Below, in pieces: positions 21,115 through 29,958 of a stretch of DNA of 64,000 nucleotides. The translations under genes were made by a program, and so were the position numbers. The first letter of the stretch is position 1, and every line of letters starts with the position of its first letter. A model generated the notes under the pieces. The model did not search any database. It was not told where the DNA came from and saw nothing but the letters and a program-made list of their open reading frames with translations. Source of the stretch: Chamaesiphon sp. GTDB taxonomy: Bacteria > Cyanobacteriota > Cyanobacteriia > Cyanobacteriales > Chamaesiphonaceae. The stretch is from NCBI GenBank assembly GCA_965246715.1, contig CBDFFH010000005.1, positions 128,001 through 192,000 on the forward strand, given 5' to 3'.

Positions 21115-24100
21115 TCACGCGAGCGTGCCCTCTGGGTCGATCGAAAAAGTACGAGCGACGTTCCGATCGGCTCCCAGAGCTTGTAAGGTTGACAGCTGTG
21201 CTGTATTTAATCCCTGCATTTTGTCGATCTGCATTCCTTCGTATGGACGGCGCGATTTCCATGTAGTCAGACATTTTGCAGCATCTAAATCCCATACCTT
21301 AATAGTCTCATCTAAGCTACCAGTAAATGCGATAAATTTGGGAGAATCTGTGCCTGGTAATCGAATACTACCAATATCTAAAGTGTAAATTAAGCCACTA
21401 TGCTCGGTCAAACTATGGAGACATTTACCAGTTTGAATATCCCATATTTTGAGAGATCGATCGACTCCTACACTGATAATAGATCGATCGTCATGGCTAA
21501 ATTTTGCGCTGATAATCGGTCCTCGATGTCCGAGAAATATTTGTAAACATTCCCCTGTTTCCACCGACCATAGCTTAATAGTTTCGTCATAGCTCGAACT
21601 TACTAGCCACTGACCATCACTACTAAAAGTAACCGACCAAACACTATTACTATGTTCGCCGATATCTCGGTAATACTCACCCGTTGACCCCTGGTCTGCC
21701 TTCTCTTCGAGACGCTTCGCGAACGGCAATCGAGGATTCCAGAGTTTAATAATACCTGCAAAATCACAACTTACCAACAGTTCGCCGTTAGGACTAAAAT
21801 TGGCATAAATTACCGGACTGTTATGTCCTTGCAGCGTATTCAAACATGCTCCAGTATCAACGTCCCAAATTTTGACTGTTTGGTCGTAACTAGTACTGGC
21901 TAATGTGCGACCGTCGGGACTAAAGAGCGTTCGCCATACCCAACTATTGTGACCTCGTAATGTTTTGAGGCAATTACCTACTTGCCAATCCCATAATTTG
22001 ATGGTGTAGTCAGCACTACCGCTGGCTAATAACCGACCGTCAGGACTGAAATTAACCGACCAGACTCGATTGGTATGTTCGCGCAAAGTTTGGACGACCT
22101 TTTCTCGATCGATACTCCAGATTCTAATCGTAGTATCTTCACTACCACTGGCTAAATAACTCCCATCGGGACTCAATTTGACGGATAAAATTGCATTAGT
22201 ATGTCCGACGATCGTTTTAATACAGCGTTCCCGTTCTAAATCCCAAATTTTAGTATGATTGTCATCGCCACCGCTAGCAACTTGGGTGCCATTAGGATGA
22301 AAAGCAACAGTCCAAATCCGATTACGATGTCCGAGGAGGGTTTTTACACATTTGCCACTATTAGTATCCCAAAGTTTGATTGTTTTATCGAAACTACTGC
22401 TAACTAATTGTTGCCCATCTGGACTAAACGCGATCGCACTGACGGGTTGCTGATGTCCGGTTAATGTGTGAAGACAAATCCCCGACTTCGCACAGATCCC
22501 CGACTTCTCGAAGAAGTCGGGGATCTTGGGGATTTCGCCAACATTCCAGATTTTAATCGATCGATCGTAACTAGCCGTAGCAATCGCTCGACCGTCGGGG
22601 CTAAAGGCTACAGAACGCACCCAAGCTGTATGGGCTTCCCACTTAGTCACACATTCACTCGTCGCCAGATCCCACAGTCGCACAGTCAGATCTTCGCCAC
22701 CACTCACTAGAGTACGACCATTAGGACTAAACGCGATCGACCAGACCCGACCATTATGTCCTACTAAAGTCTGAATTTCGGGACTTAAATTACCTGGAAA
22801 CGTCCGCCAGAGGCGAATCGTACCATCTTGAGCGGAACTGGCGATAATTTGCCCGTCGGGACTAAAGATGACTGCATTCACCGAAAAGGTGTGTCCGATA
22901 TATGTCTGCAAACATTCACCCGTCTCGACCTCCCACAACTTCACCTGATGGTCGTCGCTAGCACTGGCGAGGTATTTGCCGTCGGGACTAAACACCACCG
23001 TCCAAGTCCAGTGTTGATGCCCTTGACAAGTAGCGATTTTTGTGAATGTATGAGCATTCCAAATCTGAATATCGCCTTTGGTATCGCTAGTCGCAAAATA
23101 TTCGCCGGCGGGACTAAACGCAATCCCGACGACACCGCCAAAGGTTTCGGCAAAAACAGTTTGACTGATGTGGCTCCCAGTAAAATCGACATCATGTAAG
23201 GTCGCATTCAAGAGGTAAGCTTGACGAATCGCGAGGTGCGAAAAATCAAAGCCTTGGAGATCGGTTTTGAGGTGACAAAATAAATTGAGCAGATTTCCCG
23301 CTGCATAACCACCGATCTTGTCGGTTTGGTGACGTAAGGTAGTCAGGATTTTGCGAAGATGCAGTTCGAGGTGCGATCGATCGGTAAAATGCGTTAACAA
23401 TCGATCGACTAACGGCTGTAAAGTTAGTTGAATTTGAGCATCGCGGAGATAATCTTTAGTTTGCGCTTCGATGAGAGCATGGGTTCTAAATAGCTCCAAT
23501 TCTCCTCTAATAATTTCTCGCTCGATGCGATCGATAAACCTGTTGGTGACATATTCCATGATGACAGGTTGTTGAGTCAAACCACACTCGGTAGTTTCAA
23601 TTAACGATCGATCTCGAAGTGTTTCTAGTGCTGCGAATAAGATCGGTAGCGTAACTGCGGGAATTAATGCTGCTTGCAATCTAGCTGGAGTCACACCTTC
23701 CCGATCGATCGCCAGCCAGTACATCACCTGTTGTTGCAGGACTGATAATCGATCGAACTGTCGATCGATTAACTCCCAAAGATTGCCAAATACAACCGTA
23801 CCTTGGGCTAAAAATGCCTGAACGTCGCCATTGAAAAGATTTTGAATACTTGTTGCTACTAAATTGAGAGCTAAGGGATTACCGTAAACGTAATTAATTA
23901 GATTGTGCTGCTCGATGAGTGGTGCGGTGATGCCTTTATCGACGAGCAAATATTGGGCTGCGGTAATATCGAGTCCAGTCAATTGCAGCGATCTAACTGG
24001 TAGATTAACTCCTTCCCGTAGGCTCATGCCGCTGGGTTTTTCCCTGCTGGTAATCACCATACAACTCTGATGATTTTCATCACTAACCCGCCCAAAAATT

Positions 24101-24774
24101 TCGCCATAGGCTTCATACCCTGTCAGGTAGCAGCCATTTTGAGTTCCAGCTTGCAAAATCGACTCGACATTATCGAAGACCAGTAAACAGCGTTTGTGGC
24201 GCAATTGCTGCATCAGTAATCCGATCGAACCTTCCTGCACATCAGAACCAATCAAAATCGGTAAGATTTGATTTAACAAATCCTGCGGATCGATCGCTTG
24301 TCGCAAACTTCGCCACACTACACATTCAAACTCAGACTCTAACTGTCGAGCCAGTTTCACCGAGAGCGCGGTTTTACCAATTCCACCCCAACCAAAAATC
24401 CCTACCACCCGACAACGACTATCGACAATCCATTGTTCGAGCGTTTCTAACTCACTCACTCTCCCATAAAAGCGGGAAACATCAATTGCTTCTCCCCAAT
24501 TCGTCGTCGCCAAGCAGGTGCGATAACCCTGGAGGATCGCACAGATATTCCCTTTGGAAACTTTTTCCCCAACTATCTGCGAGAGCAATCGCCACAAATG
24601 CGATGCAACTTGTTTGATGTATTCGGGATCGTAACCCAATGCTCTCCCGATTTCCTGATAGGAATCGCGTCTCCAGACTTTCGAGACGATCTCGGCTTGC
24701 AGTGTATTGAGCGATCCGCGTTGATGTTGTTCGAGCAATCGATCGATGATTCTGAGAGCTTCTTGTCCAGTCAT
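21115..24774 (-). CDS. STAND NTPase: N-terminal HTH, NB-ARC, about 14 WD40 repeats
   Basis: SYQEIGRALGYDPEYIKQVASHLW HTH; FYGR, GWGGIGKT Walker A, LLVFDNVE Walker B, GNPLAL; GH...WSV.FSPDG repeats. Confidence 0.95.
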   Translation of the reverse strand: MTGQEALRIIDRLLEQHQRGSLNTLQAEIVSKVWRRDSYQEIGRALGYDPEYIKQVASHLWRLLSQIVGEKVSKGNICAILQGYRTCLATTNWGEAIDVSRFYGRVSELETLEQWIVDSRCRVVGIFGWGGIGKTALSVKLARQLESEFECVVWRSLRQAIDPQDLLNQILPILIGSDVQEGSIGLLMQQLRHKRCLLVFDNVESILQAGTQNGCYLTGYEAYGEIFGRVSDENHQSCMVITSREKPSGMSLREGVNLPVRSLQLTGLDITAAQYLLVDKGITAPLIEQHNLINYVYGNPLALNLVATSIQNLFNGDVQAFLAQGTVVFGNLWELIDRQFDRLSVLQQQVMYWLAIDREGVTPARLQAALIPAVTLPILFAALETLRDRSLIETTECGLTQQPVIMEYVTNRFIDRIEREIIRGELELFRTHALIEAQTKDYLRDAQIQLTLQPLVDRLLTHFTDRSHLELHLRKILTTLRHQTDKIGGYAAGNLLNLFCHLKTDLQGFDFSHLAIRQAYLLNATLHDVDFTGSHISQTVFAETFGGVVGIAFSPAGEYFATSDTKGDIQIWNAHTFTKIATCQGHQHWTWTVVFSPDGKYLASASDDHQVKLWEVETGECLQTYIGHTFSVNAVIFSPDGQIIASSAQDGTIRLWRTFPGNLSPEIQTLVGHNGRVWSIAFSPNGRTLVSGGEDLTVRLWDLATSECVTKWEAHTAWVRSVAFSPDGRAIATASYDRSIKIWNVGEIPKIPDFFEKSGICAKSGICLHTLTGHQQPVSAIAFSPDGQQLVSSSFDKTIKLWDTNSGKCVKTLLGHRNRIWTVAFHPNGTQVASGGDDNHTKIWDLERERCIKTIVGHTNAILSVKLSPDGSYLASGSEDTTIRIWSIDREKVVQTLREHTNRVWSVNFSPDGRLLASGSADYTIKLWDWQVGNCLKTLRGHNSWVWRTLFSPDGRTLASTSYDQTVKIWDVDTGACLNTLQGHNSPVIYANFSPNGELLVSCDFAGIIKLWNPRLPFAKRLEEKADQGSTGEYYRDIGEHSNSVWSVTFSSDGQWLVSSSYDETIKLWSVETGECLQIFLGHRGPIISAKFSHDDRSIISVGVDRSLKIWDIQTGKCLHSLTEHSGLIYTLDIGSIRLPGTDSPKFIAFTGSLDETIKVWDLDAAKCLTTWKSRRPYEGMQIDKMQGLNTAQLSTLQALGADRNVARTFSIDPEGTLA
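21684..21728 (-). repeat. 45-nt nested double micro-element inserted in frame into a WD40 repeat at CGAT^CG
   Basis: Removal restores WNPRSGEY; outer element on the - strand, inner 22-mer (21702-21723) on the + strand. Confidence 0.8.
22494..22526. repeat. Palindrome AGATCCCCGACTTC-N5/6-GAAGTCGGGGATCT, here inside a CDS
   Basis: Intergenic copies at 27826-27858 and 45424-45457; extra half-arm at 22478-22489. Confidence 0.9.
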
Positions 24775-24895
24775 TTAGGGGCGATCGCTGCTAGATCGAT
24801 CGTGAACTAGAAATAGTATATCTAGATTCGACACTGCAACTTGTAAGTCATGTTACGGAACTTTACATTACTTTACATCGATCGAGGATAACTAC

Positions 24896-24947
24896 TTACT
24901 TTTAGTTACTTTTTCTTACTGACGACTCGATCGATCGAGGTTAGATT
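24896..24947 (+). promoter_or_regulatory. Shared promoter motif copy 1: TTACTTTTAG TTACTTTTTC TTACTGAC, -35-like CTGACG, 17 nt, -10 TAGATT
   Basis: Same motif and spacing at 26554-26605 and 29452-29504. Confidence 0.7.
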
Positions 24948-25059
24948 TGAATTCAATCATATTTTTAAGCATAGCGAAAAATCCTAGATAAATAAGATTA
25001 TGGGACTAAAGCAAAAATAAATTAAATTAAGTACATTTTATGATTGGTAAAGAAAATCA

Positions 25060-25692
25060 GTGGATTTCATAAAAGTTGCAACTTCTGTAGAAGACAAGAT
25101 TATTTATACATACCAAGAGTTCCGTATATTTAAGATTACAGCAAATAGTAAGCGTTTCAGAGATGTTGTAGATCTTCGTCAAGAACATTCTGATGATACT
25201 TTTGATTTGCATGACAACAAAGCTAAAATCTATGTAATGTATCAAGGTGAGTTGTCTATTGGGACAATTAGAGTGATTGAATTACTTAATAGTAGTTTGG
25301 ATTTCGAGACAGCTTTACCTTTTATAATTAAGGAAAATCTTAGGCAGTTTATTTGTTCTGCTTCTCGACTAGCTATTACCAAGAGGACAAACATACCTAA
25401 ATCAGTTACAAATGTTTTAATTATGACGGTTGCGGAAGATCAATTTCACCAAGGAGTTCGCTTTGACTTAATTCTTTGTCGTTGTAAATTAATAAATTAT
25501 TACAAGAGAATTGGACATAAATTACTTGAATATCCCCCAATTATTCATCCACGAACAGGCACAATTTGTTACTTAATGCTGTGGACGCTAACTGATAGGC
25601 ATACGAGGCTCACTAATCAGTATCTTGCACATCTTTCAGTAAAATTAGAAACTGAGGCTTCTACTTTTTTAGAATTAGTTCAATACAATTAG
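25060..25692 (+). CDS. GNAT-fold acyltransferase, N-acyl amino acid synthase (FeeM)/LuxI-like
   Basis: LR...D.FD..D, IGTIRV, SRLAI, YYKRIG; start codon uncertain (GTG). Confidence 0.7.
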   Translation: MDFIKVATSVEDKIIYTYQEFRIFKITANSKRFRDVVDLRQEHSDDTFDLHDNKAKIYVMYQGELSIGTIRVIELLNSSLDFETALPFIIKENLRQFICSASRLAITKRTNIPKSVTNVLIMTVAEDQFHQGVRFDLILCRCKLINYYKRIGHKLLEYPPIIHPRTGTICYLMLWTLTDRHTRLTNQYLAHLSVKLETEASTFLELVQYN

Positions 25693-25693
25693 A

Positions 25694-26356
25694 TTGCAAT
25701 ATTATCACAGGAAATACAAAGTGCAAGAAATAATTAAGTCTGTCAAAAATGCTCAAGAAATTTTCTGTCAGAAATTATATTCTATTGATAAAAATAAAGG
25801 ATTAACGCTGGAACAGTATGTTCGTTATTTATCAATGCAATATCACTTGACTCGCAATGTTCAAAAGCACTTCTTTTTAGTTGCCAGCCACTCTAGTCTA
25901 ATGAATAAACCCAAACTTCGGGAATTTCTTATTGCGTTTGGTCTAGAAGAAGAACCTCATTATAGAATCGCGCAAAGAGATTTAGAGTATTTAGAACAGC
26001 AACTTTTACCTGCATCTCTAGATGTTAAGCTTTGGTGGGCATATTTTGACTCCATTATTGAGTCACGTCCGTTAGTTCGATTAGGAGCTACCTGTATTCT
26101 CGAAAATCTTGGTTCTGGAGCAAGTCATATCATCAAGCCACTGCTACTAAATTCAAAATTTATCACCGATCGAACTTCTCGTTTTGTTCAAATTCACCTA
26201 CATGAGGAGTTACCGCATGGATATCAAGTTATTAATGCATTACAAAAAGCTGAACTAAGTTCAGAAATGTTGATAGATCTAAAAGAAGGATCTGAAATAG
26301 GTACAATTTTATATTTGCGGATGTTTGACTGGGTTCTAGGAACAGAAGTTTTGTAG
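25694..26356 (+). CDS. Heme-oxygenase-like (HDO) iron-containing redox enzyme
   Basis: YVRYLSMQYHLT, EEEPH...DL, ILE, H.HEELPH metal-ligand pattern. Confidence 0.72.
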   Translation: MQYYHRKYKVQEIIKSVKNAQEIFCQKLYSIDKNKGLTLEQYVRYLSMQYHLTRNVQKHFFLVASHSSLMNKPKLREFLIAFGLEEEPHYRIAQRDLEYLEQQLLPASLDVKLWWAYFDSIIESRPLVRLGATCILENLGSGASHIIKPLLLNSKFITDRTSRFVQIHLHEELPHGYQVINALQKAELSSEMLIDLKEGSEIGTILYLRMFDWVLGTEVL

Positions 26357-26414
26357 AGTGGGCAAGTGACCACCAGCTAGGTTTCAGACATAACCTATAC
26401 TTTAAATCCTCGAT

Positions 26415-26605
26415 CGATCGCCGACTGGATAATTTAATTTGGTGAGATTGGGATCTCGATCGAGTGAATCTAGACAGTAGAGCGAGATTCTCGATCGATG
26501 ACACTGGATGTTCGATCGCTTCACATTACTTTACAGCTTGCAAAAAATATTAGTCACTTTTAGATACTTTTTCTTACTGACAGATCGAGAGAGCGAGGCT
26601 ACAGT
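26415..26605 (+). repeat. ~190-bp direct repeat copy A, containing promoter motif copy 2 (CTGACA-17-TACAGT)
   Basis: Aligns with 29268-29504. Confidence 0.9.
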
Positions 26606-26764
26606 GAAGTTGCAACACATCGATCGGGATGCTTAAACAATTCAGCTAAGTAAGAGTAAACAATGAAAATAATTGAACTCGATCGAGACAGTCGCAGTGT
26701 TAATACTTTCGGTTATAAATTAAAATTCAAGCCGATCTTTATTCGTCAAAAATAATAAAATAAA

Positions 26765-27820
26765 ATGCTACAATCAACTAAAAAAATGGCACCAACAGAA
26801 ATATCTAAATTTAATCTCAAAGTAGATAAAGATTTCGATAGTTCGATCTCCAGACAATTAGCAGAATTAATTCAGCAATCATACTTACAATTTGACAAAG
26901 CACAATTGCTCCAGCAAAATGTAACTATTACACCTTGGAAAATTACTGGAGATTATGAACATGTAGCTGACTTAGGAACAAATAAAAATCCATTTGGATT
27001 CATCGCAAAAGACAATCAAAACAACAATATATATATTATCTTTAGAGGAACTAAAAAGATTGTTGAATGGTTTAAGGATGCCAATATTCAGCCTGTTTCC
27101 TATGCATGTGGCATGAATGAAAATGGAAAAGTTAATATAAGCTGGCAAATTCTAGAAGATTCGATCGATTTCGCAAATGACACTTCTACAAATATTGATA
27201 GAATATCAGATGATTTTGGTCTTGTCATTGCGGGTTTTAGAGGAATTTATGTGAGTTTGCGTCAACAGTTAATTTCTGCTCTTCAAACTCTAGATGTCGA
27301 TCGAGTCTCTCAGATTTATGTAACAGGTCACAGTTTAGGTGGAGCTTTAGCAACTTTAGCAATTCCAGATATTCTAATCAATACTCAATTCAAAAATCAT
27401 CAGCAAATCACTCTTTATACTTTTGCGAGTCCACGCTGTGGAGATAATAAATTTGCAGCCAATTTTGAAAAAACAGGCGTAAAACATTGGCGAATTGCTA
27501 ATACTGAAGATTTTGTCACGACAGTTCCTTTTCCCACCGGAAATGTTTTTCAACCCGCAGATCCAAATACACCTCCAGAGAAAGAACTTGGGATAGGTGG
27601 TGTCACTGGTGTAGATGCTAACCCTAATCCAATTTATGGATTTTTCAAGGCTATTTTCGATCGCAAAAAAAGAAGAATGCCTAACTATGTTCATACCGGA
27701 ACTCCAATTTATTTTACAATTTATGATGGCGCACTCGAAAGGCATCATAATTTAGAAGAAGTTTACATGCTGGGAATATCTGTAGAACCTTTAGAGCCTA
27801 GAGATCCAAGAAATCCCTAG
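26765..27820 (+). CDS. Class 3 lipase family protein
   Basis: IIFRGT, VTGHSLGGALA, YTFASPRCG, D.VTTVP, C-terminal His. Confidence 0.92.
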   Translation: MLQSTKKMAPTEISKFNLKVDKDFDSSISRQLAELIQQSYLQFDKAQLLQQNVTITPWKITGDYEHVADLGTNKNPFGFIAKDNQNNNIYIIFRGTKKIVEWFKDANIQPVSYACGMNENGKVNISWQILEDSIDFANDTSTNIDRISDDFGLVIAGFRGIYVSLRQQLISALQTLDVDRVSQIYVTGHSLGGALATLAIPDILINTQFKNHQQITLYTFASPRCGDNKFAANFEKTGVKHWRIANTEDFVTTVPFPTGNVFQPADPNTPPEKELGIGGVTGVDANPNPIYGFFKAIFDRKKRRMPNYVHTGTPIYFTIYDGALERHHNLEEVYMLGISVEPLEPRDPRNP

Positions 27821-27881
27821 AGGCTAGATCCCCGACTTCTTCAAGAAGTCAGGGTTCTGTCCCCATAACCTTATAGAATAC

Positions 27882-29090
27882 ATGCCGAAAATTAACGTTA
27901 GTGATATCGATATAAACTACCAGATTCAAGGTAGTGGCGAACCATTACTGATGATAATGGGTTTGAGTTTCAGTCTCCGCGATTGGGGCAAAAAATTCAC
28001 CGAACTACTCGCACAACACTATCAAATCATCCTCTTTGACAATCGCGATGCTGGACTCACAAGTCAATCCACTCGCCCCTATACGATCGCAGACATGGCA
28101 GACGATGCCGCAGGGTTATTAGCCGCATTAAACATTCCCAAAGCACATGTATTTGGTGTCAGCATGGGTGGTGCGATCGCTCAGCAATTTGCTCTAAAAT
28201 ATCCCGAAAAGCTAGACAAACTCATTCTCGGCTGTACGATGGCAGGTGGTAATTGCAGTCAGCTTGGAGATATCGGTGGCGTGATGAATGGCAATCTTTT
28301 AGATTTATTATTTACACCCACATTCATTCAAAACCATCAACAGGAGCTTACAGAATTCCTCACCGAAACGACCCCATTGCATAGTCGCGATGCAGCTTTG
28401 CAGCGTCAGCTTCAAGCCTTCGCTAGCCATGATACCTGCGATATTTTGGTTGATATTCAAGCCACCACACTCATTATCACTGGAGATAAGGATATTGCGA
28501 TCCATCGATCGAATAGCGATGTCCTAGCTGCCAAAATTCCCAATGTCAAACTAGAAATTATTACAGATGCCGCTCATGGATTTTCATTTAGCCATCCAGA
28601 CATCACCGCAGATCTGATTCATCTCTTTTTACAACAACCATCTAATCCAGGGAAAACTATTATGCAAGACCAATCTCCGTCAATTCTCAAAAAGTTTGGT
28701 GAATATGCCCAAACTTTTAATTTGTTAGAACCGACTAAAGTTGCAACATTTTTCCATTTACCTTCCATGCTGATGACTTCAGAACAAGTCGCAGTGATGA
28801 ATAGTTTAGAGGATGTAATTAAAGTATTCACTATGATGATGGATGAACTAAGAGATAAAAATTTCAAAGAGAGCAGAATTATTGGCAACCTTCAAGTTAC
28901 TCAACTCAGTGATAATCAAGGACAGGTGGTCGGAGTTGCTAAACGATTTAATGATAAAGATGAAGAAATAGAGCACTTTGGGTTCACTTATACCCTCCGC
29001 AAGATTCAAGTTGAAGATAAAGAGCGAGTCACTGATGAATGGAAAATTATTGCTGGCATACTTCACGAACCGGAATATATCTCTAAATGA
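27882..29090 (+). CDS. Alpha/beta hydrolase fused to a C-terminal NTF2-like domain
   Basis: FDNRDAG, GVSMGG, GDKD, AAHG; C-terminal ~140 aa with YAQTFN...FTYTLRK...WKII. Confidence 0.85.
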   Translation: MPKINVSDIDINYQIQGSGEPLLMIMGLSFSLRDWGKKFTELLAQHYQIILFDNRDAGLTSQSTRPYTIADMADDAAGLLAALNIPKAHVFGVSMGGAIAQQFALKYPEKLDKLILGCTMAGGNCSQLGDIGGVMNGNLLDLLFTPTFIQNHQQELTEFLTETTPLHSRDAALQRQLQAFASHDTCDILVDIQATTLIITGDKDIAIHRSNSDVLAAKIPNVKLEIITDAAHGFSFSHPDITADLIHLFLQQPSNPGKTIMQDQSPSILKKFGEYAQTFNLLEPTKVATFFHLPSMLMTSEQVAVMNSLEDVIKVFTMMMDELRDKNFKESRIIGNLQVTQLSDNQGQVVGVAKRFNDKDEEIEHFGFTYTLRKIQVEDKERVTDEWKIIAGILHEPEYISK

Positions 29091-29267
29091 TACGATCGAT
29101 GATCCTCCAACTGCTCCAGTGATAAAGCCTTAACCCTAATTTCCGCATCGATCGGTTCTCTGGTTAATTCTTGTTGAATCTCAAATAATTTGGCGATACA
29201 CATCTGGATCTGTGCTCGGTATACGAGATCGAATCGAATCTACATCCTGTGTCTAGACTTGCGAATC

Positions 29268-29504
29268 CGATCGTCGACTCGATAATTTAATTTTGTTAGA
29301 TTGGGATTTCGATCGAGTGAATCTAGACAGTAGCGCGAGATTCACGATCGATTCTCTTTCACAGACGCTGCGCCTACGGCAGGCTTTGCCAACGCCAACG
29401 AACCGATACACCGGATGTTTGATCGCTTTACCGCCTGCAAAAATATTTAGTCGCTTTTAGATAATTTTTCTTACTGACAACTCGATCGAGGTGGATGTAG
29501 AGTA
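29268..29504 (+). repeat. Direct repeat copy B with nested micro-element (~29353-29402) and promoter motif copy 3 (CTGACA-18-TAGAGT)
   Basis: Aligns with 26415-26605 apart from a ~50-nt insert. Confidence 0.88.
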
Positions 29505-29617
29505 ATGCAATTGCTAAGTAATGGCATATTAGACCCCCTACAAAGGTAAAAACCCAATCTTTTTCAGTGCTGTTTTGGCATGAGTAAAATAACTGCAACT
29601 CAAAAAGCAGAGAAAAC

Positions 29618-29730
29618 CTATGCTGAAGAAAGTAAATTGAGATCTACCCCATGCAGATCGAATCCAGCAAAGTCACGCTCCCCAGCAGCATAGCAATCTA
29701 ACAATTCCTGAGCGCTCAATTTAAAACTTA
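29618..29730 (-). pseudogene. Pentapeptide-repeat protein N-terminal remnant
   Basis: LSAQELLDCYAAGERDFAGFDLHGVDL followed by an early stop. Confidence 0.6.
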
Positions 29731-29924
29731 CGATCGCCTCTACTCTTTCATCTAATACCTATTAAATACTACCTAAACTCTCGATCGAGAAACACGAGCC
29801 TAATATTCGATCGACTTCAGCAAAGACGTTTCGATTCCAGGTATAGAGCGATACTTTTCAAATCCACTCTAGGCAGTTAGATTGAGATCGCCGCGCAGCT
29901 TTAGGCTATTGTTAATGATGATAT

Positions 29925-29954
29925 CTAGCCACTAGCCACTAGTCACTAGCCACT
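29925..29954. repeat. Heptamer array (CTAGCCA)n
   Basis: About 4 copies immediately before the start codon at 29959. Confidence 0.9.
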
Positions 29955-29958
29955 GCCC

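Noticed and set aside
29530..29538. TAGACCCCC resembling the integrase arm repeat
   Set aside because: A single 9-nt match on the wrong side of the tRNA; chance is plausible.
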